DNA from: a virus
Taxonomy: Duplodnaviria; Caudoviricetes
Length of the DNA: 64,000 nucleotides
Virus record (IMG/VR): IMGVR_UViG_2643221939_000004
Span: 22,144-86,143 of that record
Reading direction: 5' to 3' (one strand)
Part shown: in pieces, positions 47,436 through 58,861 of the stretch
Position numbering within the stretch: position 1 is the first letter of the stretch
How the letters are laid out: every line of letters starts with the position of its first letter
Position numbers and translations under genes: made by a program
The notes under the pieces: generated by a model
Told to the model about the DNA's origin: nothing
Database searches by the model: none
Seen by the model: only the letters and a program-made list of their open reading frames with translations

Positions 47436-49222
47436 GCAATTGGGATTGGAGCCGGTACGCGGTCGGAGGCGCGACGCGGCCGGACAGCTTCACGGGCATG
47501 CGGCCGGAGTTCAGTTCCTCGCTTCAGGCGCTCTTTGCCGCCGCTCCGCCGGAGCTCGGTCTTCAGGTCGGCTCCGGCTATCGCTCGGTCGAGCGCCAGC
47601 GCCAGCTCTGGGAAGCCTCGGACAAGAGCGGGCGGATGGTCGCTCGTCCCGGCGGTTCCCGACACAATCACGGCGACGCGGCCGACCTCTCCGCCGCCGG
47701 TAAGCGCCTGGACAAGGCCTCGCCCGAAGCCCGGCAGTGGGTCCACGACAATGCCGAGCGCTACGGGCTGACCTTCCCGATGTCCTGGGAGCCCTGGCAC
47801 ATCGAACTCATCGGCGCACGCGGGACGAAGAAGGCGGAAGCCTCGCCCCTCGTCTCAGCCGTCGCCGAACAGGCCGCGCCGCGCGGTGCCGCCGCTGCCG
47901 TCGCCGGCCTGGCATCCGGCGGGCAGCCCGGCCCCGCCGCACCTCAAACGCCGCCGCCTTCAGGAGAGAGCATGGCCGCCCCGACCGTGAACATCGGCAT
48001 CAAGCCGAAGCGCGACACGAAGCTTCTCGACGCCATGCTGGCGAATGCGATGCGGCAGGGATCGCAGGCGCAGAATGGCTGGGACCTCGCCGGAGCGTTG
48101 GCCCAGACTTGGGCGGCATCGAGCGAGAAAAAGGAGGCGGAGGGCGAGGAGGCGGGCGAGCTGCAGAAGCTGGTGGCGTCGCAGAACCTCGATCCCGCCT
48201 TCGCCGCCGTCGCCCAGCTCGGCGGCGATCGCGACAGTGCGGCCCAGGCGATCATGGGGCAGCAGCAGTTCCGCGCGCAGACCGCCCAGCGTGCCGAAGA
48301 GCAGGCCTGGAGGCAGGACGAGCGCGGATATCAGCGAGGCCGCGACGGCGTTGCAGACCAGCGGTGGGAGAGCCAACAGGACTATCAGCGCGGGCAAGAC
48401 ACGATCGCCAACCAAAGGGCAGATCGCACGCTCGACCTTCAGACGGCGAAGGCGAACCAGCCGCCGGAGCCCCCGAGCAGCGTGCGGGAATACCAGTTCG
48501 CCCAGCAGCAAGGCTTCACCGGCTCCTTCCAGGAATGGGAACAGGCGAACCGGAAGGCGGGCGCGACGAACGTCAGTGTCGGCGGGACGTCCACGAAGTT
48601 TCGCGACAAAGCCGATGAACGCATGGTCGAGCGGTTCGGAACGATCGCCGACACAGGGACCGCGGCGGCGAACGTGGCGCAGACGATCCCGGCCATGCGA
48701 GAGCTTCTGACGCAGGCGCCGACAGGACCCGTCGCCGGCCGCTTGGCCGAGCGCTTTCCGGGATTTTCCTCGGCAGGCGACGCCTTTCAGGCGACCGTCA
48801 GTCAGATCGCGCCGACCCTGCGCGTGCCGGGCTCGGGCGCCATGTCCGATCGCGACATGGACATCCTCATGTCGTCCTTCCCGAGGCTACGGAATGGCGA
48901 GGGCGCGAACGACCTGATCATGGGGGCCTTCGAGAAGAAGGCGCAGCTCAACCTCGAACGCTCCCAAGTGGCGACGGCGGCCCTACGCGGCGAGATCGAC
49001 CCGGCGGAGGCGGATAAGCGGCTGCAGGCAATCGACAGCACGCCGCTTCTGGACGACGCGATGCGCGCACGTCTGGGCGGCGGAGGCGATGCGGTGGCCC
49101 CGGCCGCGGCCCCTGCCGGCGGGCCAGCGCCGGCCGCCATCGGCTCGCAAGCCGAATACGATGCCCTTCCGTCCGGTGCGACCTTCACCGCGCCCGATGG
49201 AACCATTCGAAGGAAGCCGTGA
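47432..49222 (+). CDS. Ejection protein with M15 (VanY-like) peptidoglycan peptidase
   Basis: SGYRS...Q, S.HNHG.AAD, A..YGL.F....EPWH.E. Confidence 0.8.
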   Translation: MSNWDWSRYAVGGATRPDSFTGMRPEFSSSLQALFAAAPPELGLQVGSGYRSVERQRQLWEASDKSGRMVARPGGSRHNHGDAADLSAAGKRLDKASPEARQWVHDNAERYGLTFPMSWEPWHIELIGARGTKKAEASPLVSAVAEQAAPRGAAAAVAGLASGGQPGPAAPQTPPPSGESMAAPTVNIGIKPKRDTKLLDAMLANAMRQGSQAQNGWDLAGALAQTWAASSEKKEAEGEEAGELQKLVASQNLDPAFAAVAQLGGDRDSAAQAIMGQQQFRAQTAQRAEEQAWRQDERGYQRGRDGVADQRWESQQDYQRGQDTIANQRADRTLDLQTAKANQPPEPPSSVREYQFAQQQGFTGSFQEWEQANRKAGATNVSVGGTSTKFRDKADERMVERFGTIADTGTAAANVAQTIPAMRELLTQAPTGPVAGRLAERFPGFSSAGDAFQATVSQIAPTLRVPGSGAMSDRDMDILMSSFPRLRNGEGANDLIMGAFEKKAQLNLERSQVATAALRGEIDPAEADKRLQAIDSTPLLDDAMRARLGGGGDAVAPAAAPAGGPAPAAIGSQAEYDALPSGATFTAPDGTIRRKP

Positions 49223-52200
49223 ATGGCGAACTGGTGGGATGCTGCGCCGATCGTCGAGACGGGCGCGAAGCCGAAGAACTGGTGGGATGACGCGCCTGTC
49301 GTCGAAGCGGCGGCGGACCCGAAATTCGGCGGCGTCGCCATGAACGCGACCGCCGGTGTGAACGAAGGGCTCTACGGGGTTCTCGGCGCGCCCGTCGACC
49401 TCATGACCGGCGCAATGAACCTCGGCATTCGCGGCTTCAATGCCGCGACGGGGTCCGACGTCGGCACGATCGACGAGCCCATCGGCGGATCGCGCTCGAT
49501 TGGCAAGGCGATGGGCGCCGTTGCCGCCCCGCTCGATCCGGCCAACACGGAAGCGACGAACTCCAACGAGCGGATCGTGCGCGGCGTCGGACAGGGCGTC
49601 GGCGGCACGGTCCTTCCGGCCGGCCTTGCCGGCGCCGCTTTGCGGACCGGCGTGGCCTCGGCGGGCGCGGCGCCGCTCGTGGAAGCGCTCGCCGGCCGGT
49701 CCGGCAGCGTGGGCGCCGTAGCGGCCGATGCGGCGGCGGGTGGCGTGGCCGGCGGCGGCGCGGCCACGGCGCAGGAGTTCGCACCTGATCCCTACAAGCC
49801 GATCGCGGGGCTGGCCGGCTCGCTCGTCGGCGGCGGTGCGGGCGCGGCGGCGATGAGCGCTCCGGCCTTGACCCGAGCCCTGGCGGAGGCCGGCCGCACT
49901 TTCGCGGCGCCTTTGACGGCGGTCGGCCGCGAACGCTTGGCGGGGCAACGCCTCGTCGAGGCCGCCGACGATCCGCGTGCGGCGATGAAGACGATTGAGG
50001 AGGGCAGGGCGCCGCTCGTGCCAGGTTCCCAGCCGACGACGTTTCAGCAGACCGGCGACATGGGCCTTGGCGCTCTGGAGCGCAATGCGCAGAACCAGTT
50101 CCCCGCGCAGTTCCAGCAGCGTCGCGCCGATCAGAACGCCGCGCGCCGTGATGCGCTCGACGAGATCCAGCCGGACGGTGCGCCGGAAGCCGTCTCGCTC
50201 GCCCTTCGCGGCCGGCTGAAGGCCATCGACGCGGAGACGTCGAAGTCGCTGCGGGATGCAGTCGAATGGGAGCGCACGGCAAATCGTGGCCTTGGGCAGG
50301 GACAGCGGCCGGAAGATGCCGGCGACGCGATGCGTGAGGCGCTGCAACTGCGACGCGACGCGGCCAAGGAGAAGGAGGGCAAGCTTTGGGAGGCTGTCGA
50401 CCCGGACGGCAGCCTTGCGCTTCCGCCGCAGGACGTGCGCCGCGTCGCGCAGGAGCTTGTGGGCGAGCTTCCCAAGTCCGCCAAGCCGCCGGGGCCGGAA
50501 GAGGCCGCGATTTATGCCGTGGTCGGCCAGTACGGCGACGTCATGCCGTTCCGCGAAATCGCCGCGCTTCGTTCGCGCGTCAGCCAGGCGGCGGCCGACG
50601 AGCGCGGCCGGCACGGGCCGTCGCCGTCTTGGGCTCGACTGATCCAGCTTCGCGGTGCTATCGAAAGCGATCTGGAGAACGCCGTCTCGCGCAAGGTCCT
50701 CATGGAGGAACAGGCGGTCGCGGCGGGAACCCTTCGCCAAGAGGACACGCTTTCCGCCAATGTTGAGCGATGGGTCAGCGACTGGAATGCCCGACGCTCA
50801 GAGGCAGCAGTCGGTGACGACAATTCGGGACGCGGTTTCTTCGGTGCCGGAAGCGCAACGACTTCCCCTCCTGGCTTATCTGGAACAGCGCGCTCGACAG
50901 GAGGCCGATCTACAGGCGCTCCGCGCGATCCGGGACTATCGCCGGATGCTGGAGGAGGAGCAGCCCGCCAAAAGCTGACGATGGACGACATCCGCGCCAA
51001 ACCCGCGGACGACCCGTTCTTCTTCCGCTCCCGCGACGGCCAGCCCTTCGTTCCCCGCGAGCCCGGCAATCCCGATCTCGGCATGGCGCCGGTTCCCGGC
51101 CAGCTTCTCGATGCGCCGATCCGTCTGCGCCGGTCGGACATGAAGCATGTCGCCAATCCCGTTCATCAGTCGGATGCCGAGATCCTGGGCTATGACGACG
51201 CCTGGGACATGGTGACAGACGTCTCCGCCAACTGGTCGCAGATGTACAAGGCTCGTGACGGCAGGGTGCTTCTCGTCAAGCCGTCGCCGCAGGAGGCGCA
51301 GGGCGTGGCCGTCGTCGAGCTGACGCCGGTCGATGGCGGCCAGTATTGGCGCATCGTCACGGCAGGTCGGCGGGCGGCGGACAAGCTCGGGGAAAAGATC
51401 GGGTCCAGGGTGCACGGCCCTGACGCGGCTTCCGGTTCAGCCGCTCCCACTGTCGCCAGCTCCCCGCAAGATACCGGTCGGGAGGCCGGATTAGCATGGA
51501 ACCCGATCGGCGCTGAATATACGCCCCCGGCCGGCGGCGGACAAGGGATGAAGCCTTTCGACGATGCGGCCAAGGCTCGGCTCGACATTGCGACGGAAGC
51601 GACGCGCGAGCGCGCCGGAACCTTCGACAACCGGCAGCTGGGGCCGATGCTCGCGCGGCCGGCCGACCATGCGCCCTACAATATGGAGAGCGCGAAGGTC
51701 GCCTCGCGCGTCTTCACGGCCGGCAAGGGCGGCTTCGAGCGCATCCAGACCTTTCGAAATGCGGCCGGCTCGAGGAAAGGGATGGGCGCGATCGAGGCCT
51801 TCGCGATCGACAGCCTGCGCAAGGCCGCCGTCGATCGAGAGACAGGCGTCGTGAACCCGGCCCGGCTGGAGAGCTGGCGGCGGGCGCATGCCGAAGCGCT
51901 GCGGGCCTTTCCCGAGCTGGACGCCCGTATCGCCACCGCATCGGATGCCGCCAAGGCCGTCGAAAGCCATGTGGCCGCCCGCAAGGCGGCCTTGGACGCC
52001 GAGCAGGCCGGCGCGCTCGGCAAGCTGATGGGAACGGAAGATCCGCAGGACGTTGTCCGGCTCGTCGGCGGCCTCTTCTCGCGCCAGGACGCCGCGCGGC
52101 AGATGGGACAGCTCCGCCAAAAGGTTGGGAACGACAAGGATGCGCTTCAGGGCCTTCGCAAGGCGGTTGCGGAGCATGTGACGCTTCGCATGGTCGGCAA

Positions 52201-52819
52201 TACGGAGGCGGCAACGAGCGGCCGGCAGTTGATCAAGGCCGACCAGTTTCAGACCTTCGTGAAGACGAACCGCAACGCGCTGCGCACGGTCTTCGACGAA
52301 CGAGAGATCAGGATCATGGAGGCCGTCGCCGCCGATCTCCAGCAGGCGAACCGTTCGCTGGCGTCGGTGAAGATCCCGAACCAGTCGAACACGGCGCAGG
52401 ATCAGCGCTCGGTGCTTCAGAACCTCATGTCGGCCGGCATGGAGAATTGGATGACGGTGGCCGGCGGCACGGTCGGCGCGGGCGTTGGCGGCCCGGTCGG
52501 AGCCGCGGCCGGCGGTGGCGCGGCGGCTCTCTTCACGGCGCTTCGGCAGAACGGCATCAATTCGGTCGACGAGCTGGTCCGCGACGCGCTGCTGAACCCG
52601 GAGCGGGCTCGTTACCTCATGACGAAGGTCCCGTCTGACCCGGAGCGGGCCGACGCCATGCTTCGGTCGCTCGCCCGGCGGTACGTCAAGGCGGCTGCCG
52701 CCGGCTCGGCCGTGAGCGTCCAGCCGGAGCGTCCGAAGGGTCCGGTTTACCTGACGGTCGGCCGGCCTCGCCTGCCGGAGCCCGGAACCGAACTTCAACG
52801 GGCTCTTGCCCGTCAGTGA
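49223..52819 (+). CDS. Large ejection/internal virion protein with an inserted globular domain
   Basis: 1198 aa, Ala/Gly-rich helical, NWWD repeats; inserted domain at about 50981-51402. Confidence 0.75.
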   Translation: MANWWDAAPIVETGAKPKNWWDDAPVVEAAADPKFGGVAMNATAGVNEGLYGVLGAPVDLMTGAMNLGIRGFNAATGSDVGTIDEPIGGSRSIGKAMGAVAAPLDPANTEATNSNERIVRGVGQGVGGTVLPAGLAGAALRTGVASAGAAPLVEALAGRSGSVGAVAADAAAGGVAGGGAATAQEFAPDPYKPIAGLAGSLVGGGAGAAAMSAPALTRALAEAGRTFAAPLTAVGRERLAGQRLVEAADDPRAAMKTIEEGRAPLVPGSQPTTFQQTGDMGLGALERNAQNQFPAQFQQRRADQNAARRDALDEIQPDGAPEAVSLALRGRLKAIDAETSKSLRDAVEWERTANRGLGQGQRPEDAGDAMREALQLRRDAAKEKEGKLWEAVDPDGSLALPPQDVRRVAQELVGELPKSAKPPGPEEAAIYAVVGQYGDVMPFREIAALRSRVSQAAADERGRHGPSPSWARLIQLRGAIESDLENAVSRKVLMEEQAVAAGTLRQEDTLSANVERWVSDWNARRSEAAVGDDNSGRGFFGAGSATTSPPGLSGTARSTGGRSTGAPRDPGLSPDAGGGAARQKLTMDDIRAKPADDPFFFRSRDGQPFVPREPGNPDLGMAPVPGQLLDAPIRLRRSDMKHVANPVHQSDAEILGYDDAWDMVTDVSANWSQMYKARDGRVLLVKPSPQEAQGVAVVELTPVDGGQYWRIVTAGRRAADKLGEKIGSRVHGPDAASGSAAPTVASSPQDTGREAGLAWNPIGAEYTPPAGGGQGMKPFDDAAKARLDIATEATRERAGTFDNRQLGPMLARPADHAPYNMESAKVASRVFTAGKGGFERIQTFRNAAGSRKGMGAIEAFAIDSLRKAAVDRETGVVNPARLESWRRAHAEALRAFPELDARIATASDAAKAVESHVAARKAALDAEQAGALGKLMGTEDPQDVVRLVGGLFSRQDAARQMGQLRQKVGNDKDALQGLRKAVAEHVTLRMVGNTEAATSGRQLIKADQFQTFVKTNRNALRTVFDEREIRIMEAVAADLQQANRSLASVKIPNQSNTAQDQRSVLQNLMSAGMENWMTVAGGTVGAGVGGPVGAAAGGGAAALFTALRQNGINSVDELVRDALLNPERARYLMTKVPSDPERADAMLRSLARRYVKAAAAGSAVSVQPERPKGPVYLTVGRPRLPEPGTELQRALARQ

Positions 52820-52828
52820 ACCCAACAC

Positions 52829-52852
52829 AGGCCCGCTTCGGCGGGCCTTTTT
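52829..52852 (+). terminator. Terminator with cUUCGg loop
   Basis: AGGCCCGC-TTCG-GCGGGCCT-TTTT. Confidence 0.8.
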
Positions 52853-52864
52853 CATGGAGGCATC

Positions 52865-53371
52865 ATGCCGTTCCAAGGCAACAATTTCGTCCGCAGTCAG
52901 AACTTCGTTCGCGATCGGGATCTCGGCGCGCCGGACAATACGATCAGCGCCGACAAGGTGGACGACGAGTTCGACGGCATGGCAGCCGCCCTGACGACCG
53001 TCAAAACGGCCGCCGAGACCGCCGTCTCGACGGTGCGCGGCGGGATCGACGAGCCACGCAATACCCTCCAGAAGCTCGCCGACTGGATCAAGGCGACGCT
53101 CCTCGGCGGCGTGACGGCCGGGGGCTATCTGCGGGGCAAAGCGGACGCCTCTGGCTGGGAGAGCCGGACACCGGCGGAGGTGCGCAGCGACATCGAGCTC
53201 GGGGCACTGACGAAGACCGCAACGGGCGTTTCCGTCACCGGCACCCTGGCGACGTCGGGGGGCGCGTCGCTTTCTTCCGCGACGATCGCCGGCCTGCGCG
53301 TCGGTGGCGAGACGATCGGCACGGGCTCGCCGGCCGGCGGGCAGCCAGGCGACAAGTATTTCAAGGTCTGA
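52865..53371 (+). CDS. Short tail fibre/anchor protein
   Basis: I.A...D.EF...A.AL anchor motif; NTLQKLA; P.GG..GD. Confidence 0.65.
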   Translation: MPFQGNNFVRSQNFVRDRDLGAPDNTISADKVDDEFDGMAAALTTVKTAAETAVSTVRGGIDEPRNTLQKLADWIKATLLGGVTAGGYLRGKADASGWESRTPAEVRSDIELGALTKTATGVSVTGTLATSGGASLSSATIAGLRVGGETIGTGSPAGGQPGDKYFKV

Positions 53372-53374
53372 CCG

Positions 53375-54384
<1,010 letters not shown>

Positions 54385-54388
<4 letters not shown>

Positions 54389-55035
54389 TGTACTTCACGG
54401 ACTTTCCAGAAGAAGGACCGCGCGTTCGGCCTCATCCCGGCTGGCTGATGGACGAGGAGGGTGGCAGTCGTCTCCTCACCGACGCCGAACTGGCCGAACA
54501 CGGGTTTCGGCTCGTCATTTATCGTCCGCCGGCCTTCGATGCCGATCGCGAGCGCGTCGAGACGCGACCACTGACGCAATGGCTCGTGAGCGCCACGACC
54601 GCGATCGTCGCCTATCAGGTCGCCACGCTGCCGGTGCAGGAGGTCGGCGCCCGAAAGTTGGCTGCGATCGACCAAGAGCGCAACGGCATCCTCTCGGCCG
54701 GCTATCCCGTTCCCGGCACCTCGCTCCACATCGACATGAGCGACGGCACCCGTGCGGATCTCGGCGCCGTTGCCGTGACGGCCCTCGTGGTGAAGGCCGG
54801 CGCGCTGGCGTGGCCCGAAGGCTATGCGCATGGCTGGATCACGATGGAGAACGAGCGCCTGCCCCTGCCGACGCCAGACGACGGTATCGGGCTCGCTTAT
54901 GGCGTCGGCGCCTTCTACTCGGTCGTCGTCCAGCATGGTCGAACCCTGAAGGACAGTGTTCTCGCTCTCATCGCGGCCGACGACATCGAAGGCATTCTAG
55001 CGATCGACGCATCGGCCGGCTGGCCGACGCCCTAA
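54385..55035 (+). CDS. Tail fibre assembly-like protein (DUF4376-like)
   Basis: WIT..N...L, LKD......ID...GWP. Confidence 0.7.
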
Positions 55036-55067
55036 CCGACCCTTCCACCAATCCAGACCGTTCCCAT

Positions 55068-55089
55068 GGCCGCCGCAAGCGGCCTTTTT
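55068..55089 (+). terminator. Intrinsic terminator
   Basis: GGCCGC/GCGGCC plus TTTTT. Confidence 0.65.
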
Positions 55090-55105
55090 CATGCCCGGAG
55101 ATCCT

Positions 55106-57013
55106 ATGGCACTCGAAACCGTCGATATCGTCCTCGATCAGACTTGGCGTCTGATCTCCAACGCGGGAGCCGGGAGCTTCCGCGCCGTCGTCAAGGAAGG
55201 GGTCGACGCCCTCTTCTCGATCGGCACCGTGGCGCCCGAAGCCGAGAGCCTGCTCGGCATGCCCGAACGGTCGATAAGCTTCGACGCGCTCGACGGCAAG
55301 GTCTGGGCACGCGGTGCCGGCATCCGGTCCGTCCTGTCGGTGACGCGCGTCGTCGATGCCGGCAATCCGGCGCCGATCGTTCTGGACGCGCCGACCCTGT
55401 CCGCCTCGACCTTCTCGACGGCCATCCCGGCCAACGGCGAGGTTGCGGTCGCGGGCTCGAACGTCTTGGGCGCTAAGATCGTGATCAAGTTCCCCGACGA
55501 CGGCCGGTTCAAGATTTCGCCGGACGGCACGCGGCTTCGCCGCGGCACGCTTCCGGTCACGCCCGATGTGCCGATCGGCATCGCGGTGGAGGTGAGCCAC
55601 CCGCTCGCGCCCAACAGCCCCCGCAGCAAGACGTTTCAGCTGACGCCCTTCCTCGCGGCCCTCCCGGCGCTGCCGATGGCGGCCGGCGCGAAGATGGTGG
55701 CGCTGGGCGACAGCCTCGTCGCCTACTCGAACAATGCCGGCACGCCCGTCTCGACCAGCGAGAAGATCGTCGGCTCCTTTGCCTATGGTTTCCTCGACCA
55801 CCTTCGATCGATCGACCAGCGCGTAGTCTTCGACACCTGGTTCGACGCTTCCGCGCCGAACGGGCAGAACATGGCCGGCGCCAATCAGGGCATTTTCGGC
55901 GACCACATGGAGTGGACCCATACGAACATCGCCTATGTCGGTGGCGGCATCGCCCCGCGCCTGCCCGCGATCCTCGCGCGCAACCCGCAGATCGTGCTTC
56001 TGGAGGGCGGATCGAACACGATCAACTCGAACGACAACGACAAGGCCGGGACGGCGGCCTACATCACCGGCCATTTCGAACAGATGCTTCGCCGGTGCCG
56101 CGAGGCCGGCGTCTACGCGATCCTGACGGTGATCTTCCCTCGCGCCGACTGGCCGGCGGGCGATGCGCGCTATCAGGTGCTCAGGGACGTCAATGTCTGG
56201 ATACGCGCGCAGGCCGGCCGGCCTGGCCTTCTCGGCATTCTCGACCCCTGGGCCGATCTCGCCCCGGCCGACGTCCTCGATCCCCTCATGTTCATGGGCG
56301 ACAAGGTTCATATCGGGCAGCGCGGCGGCTGGATGGTCGCCAAGAAGCACCTTCTGCCGATCCTTCAGACCGCGGTGGCTCCCGGCAGCTACTTCGACAC
56401 CGACGCGACGGCGAACAACCTCATGGTCCCCGCGCTCGCGAAGCTGCAGGGCACGGCCGGCGGCAAGAGCGGCGGCGCGACCGGCAACGTTGCTTCCAAT
56501 CTCCTCGTCAACAGCGTGCGCAACCTCTCGGCCTGCGTCGCATCCAAGGAGGTCGTCTCCGGTGATATGGAGGCGCAGGTCCTCGACCTCACCCCCGCCG
56601 ATCTCGCCGCTCCCGCCTTCTGGCAAGCCGGGATTGCCTTCACGGTCGTTTCGCTGCCGAACCCCGCCCTCGGCAAATGGTATCGTCTCGCGCTCAAGAT
56701 GGAGACGGTCGGTCCGGCCTCCGTCTCGACGATCCGGGCCAATGTCAGCCTTCGCAGCAATGCCAACGTGGTTCTGGCGAACACGGTGTTTCAGTCCGGC
56801 TTCTCGCCCGACTTCGGCGTGTCGATCGCGGATGGCAACCGTGTCTGGTGGCTCGTTTCGAACCCCATCATGGCGCCGGACGGCGGTCTGTCCGAACGCT
56901 TTCTGGTGGGCCTCGATCTCTACGGCGACAAGCTCTCCGGTCCGATCAAGTTCAAGCTGTCGAGCCCGATCCTCCGCGAGATCCCCGACCCGCGCCCCGC
57001 CTGGGGCTACTGA
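55106..57013 (+). CDS. SGNH/GDSL esterase tail spike
   Basis: ALGDSL, NQGIFG, GGSN, DKVH catalytic blocks. Confidence 0.8.
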   Translation: MALETVDIVLDQTWRLISNAGAGSFRAVVKEGVDALFSIGTVAPEAESLLGMPERSISFDALDGKVWARGAGIRSVLSVTRVVDAGNPAPIVLDAPTLSASTFSTAIPANGEVAVAGSNVLGAKIVIKFPDDGRFKISPDGTRLRRGTLPVTPDVPIGIAVEVSHPLAPNSPRSKTFQLTPFLAALPALPMAAGAKMVALGDSLVAYSNNAGTPVSTSEKIVGSFAYGFLDHLRSIDQRVVFDTWFDASAPNGQNMAGANQGIFGDHMEWTHTNIAYVGGGIAPRLPAILARNPQIVLLEGGSNTINSNDNDKAGTAAYITGHFEQMLRRCREAGVYAILTVIFPRADWPAGDARYQVLRDVNVWIRAQAGRPGLLGILDPWADLAPADVLDPLMFMGDKVHIGQRGGWMVAKKHLLPILQTAVAPGSYFDTDATANNLMVPALAKLQGTAGGKSGGATGNVASNLLVNSVRNLSACVASKEVVSGDMEAQVLDLTPADLAAPAFWQAGIAFTVVSLPNPALGKWYRLALKMETVGPASVSTIRANVSLRSNANVVLANTVFQSGFSPDFGVSIADGNRVWWLVSNPIMAPDGGLSERFLVGLDLYGDKLSGPIKFKLSSPILREIPDPRPAWGY

Positions 57014-57037
57014 CCCCCGCCTTTCCCGTCGTTTCCC

Positions 57038-57063
57038 AGCCCGGCCACCGCGCCGGGCTTTTT
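57038..57063 (+). terminator. Terminator before the lysis module
   Basis: AGCCCGGC/GCCGGGCT plus TTTT. Confidence 0.7.
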
Positions 57064-57088
57064 CATGCCCGAAGACCGGAGCCATACC

Positions 57089-58036
57089 ATGCCCAAGATC
57101 CCCGCATCGTGGATGCCGCGCGCCCGCATGTCCCGCATCATCGTCCACTGGACGGCCGGGGGCTATGCCGTCTCCGCGCTCGACCGAGAGCACTACCATG
57201 TGATCATCGGCGGCGACGGGCAGGCGGTGCGCGGCGATCAGCCGATTTCGGCCAATGCCGATCCGATCCGCGGCGCCTATGCCGCCCATACGCTGAACTG
57301 CAATTCCGGTTCGATCGGCATTTCCGTCGCGTGCATGGCCGGCGCTGTCGAGGAGCCTTTCTTGGCCGGCCATGCGCCCATGAAGGCTGTCCAGTGGGGC
57401 GCCCTCGTCGAGGCTGTCGCCGATCTCTGCCAGGCCTATGCGATCGTCGTCACGCCGCGAACGGTGCTTTCCCATGCCGAAGTGCAGGGGACGCTCGGTA
57501 TCAGACAGCGTGGCAAGTGGGACATTTCCCGCCTCGCGTTCGACCCGACGACGATCGGCGCCAAGGCCTGCGGCGACCGGTTGCGCCGCGAGGTCTCGGC
57601 CGCTCTGACGGCCCGCCGCACTTCTCCCGCCGTCCCTTCGACCCAGCCGCAGCGCTTCGCTGCCTTTCAGGAGCCCGTCGCCATGTCCAGAACCTCCGCC
57701 GCCATCCAGCGCGTCATTCTCGACGCGGTTCACGACACCGTTGCCAGATCCAGCGTGCCGGCCGAAGCCGAGGCCGCCGCGCCGATCGCCCAGGCTGTCA
57801 TCGAGGACGTGGTCCCGCTCGTCCTCAACGCAACGAACTCCGAGCCCTGGTATCAGTCGCGCGTCATTCTCGGTTCGGCGACGACCATCGTTTCCAGCCT
57901 CGCCGCGCTGATCGGCCTGGCGCAGGGCGGCTCGACGCAGGCCGACCTCTATGCGGCGCCGATCGTCGCGCTTCTGGGCGCGGCCTTCGCGCTCTACGGG
58001 CGCCTGGCAGCCTTGAAGCCGATCGGGGCGAGCTGA
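57089..58036 (+). CDS. N-acetylmuramoyl-L-alanine amidase with C-terminal holin-like TM domain
   Basis: IIVHWTAG, HYH..I, AHT...N..SIGI, LSHAEV, KWD; PWYQSRVI.G followed by 2 TM helices. Confidence 0.85.
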   Translation: MPKIPASWMPRARMSRIIVHWTAGGYAVSALDREHYHVIIGGDGQAVRGDQPISANADPIRGAYAAHTLNCNSGSIGISVACMAGAVEEPFLAGHAPMKAVQWGALVEAVADLCQAYAIVVTPRTVLSHAEVQGTLGIRQRGKWDISRLAFDPTTIGAKACGDRLRREVSAALTARRTSPAVPSTQPQRFAAFQEPVAMSRTSAAIQRVILDAVHDTVARSSVPAEAEAAAPIAQAVIEDVVPLVLNATNSEPWYQSRVILGSATTIVSSLAALIGLAQGGSTQADLYAAPIVALLGAAFALYGRLAALKPIGAS

Positions 58037-58539
58037 TGGGCTGCCGGCCCGTTCCCGGCCTGCGGCGCGCTTGGCTCGTTCTGATGCGAGGGGGAGGGCA
58101 CATCGCCCTCTTTCCGCCCGGCAGCGAGCGCTATGCTACCCGCTCGCTCGAAGCCTATCTCGCCGGCCTCGATCTTCTCTTCGGCACGATCGTCGTCATG
58201 CCGACATGGAACACGCTGGAGCCGGCGATCTACGATCCGCTGCTACGGCTCATGCCCTCGGAAGGGTTTTGGGGGCTCCTAATCGCGATGCGCGGCGCGA
58301 TCCACCTCGTCGCGCTTCGGATCAACGGCGCCGCCTGGTGGACGCCCTACATCCGCGCCGTCGTCAGTGGATGGGCCTCCCTCATGTTCGCCGTCTTCGC
58401 GGTGACGCTGTTCTTCGCCGAGCCGTTTCGGCCGGGCCTTGTCTTCTCGTTGGCGGTCCTCAACGCGGTCGCGCACTATCAATGTCTGAGGAGGTCCGCC
58501 CGCGATGCTGGAATGGCTTGCCACGCTGCGCGATCCTGA
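58036..58539 (+). CDS. Multi-pass membrane protein (lysis module)
   Basis: Hydrophobic helices; E..WG, AL.ING....P..R. Confidence 0.7.
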   Translation: MGCRPVPGLRRAWLVLMRGGGHIALFPPGSERYATRSLEAYLAGLDLLFGTIVVMPTWNTLEPAIYDPLLRLMPSEGFWGLLIAMRGAIHLVALRINGAAWWTPYIRAVVSGWASLMFAVFAVTLFFAEPFRPGLVFSLAVLNAVAHYQCLRRSARDAGMACHAARS

Positions 58540-58861
58540 AACGGCAGCGCTCTGGACCGTCGCGGCAGCCGTGGTCGGCCGATGCGCCTGGGCTTTTCTC
58601 AAGGCTTTCCGAGAAGGCCAGGAAGCCGCTCCGTTGAACGCTGCCGTGGCGATGCGCGCGATCGGAGCAGGGCTGAACGGCACGCTCGACGGCGCCAAGC
58701 TGAACGAGACGCTGGAGCGGATCGCGGCGTCCGTCGCCTCCATCGCAGCGAGCGCGGCTACCATCGCGAAGCTCGAGGAGGCGGGCACGGCGGAAGCGAT
58801 TGAGGCTCAAGGCCGGAAGCTGGATGATCTCATGGCGGAGATGCGTCGGCAGGAGCGGTGA
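58505..58861 (+). CDS. TM + coiled-coil protein
   Basis: GAGGAGG upstream; last late gene. Confidence 0.65.
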   Translation: MLEWLATLRDPETAALWTVAAAVVGRCAWAFLKAFREGQEAAPLNAAVAMRAIGAGLNGTLDGAKLNETLERIAASVASIAASAATIAKLEEAGTAEAIEAQGRKLDDLMAEMRRQER

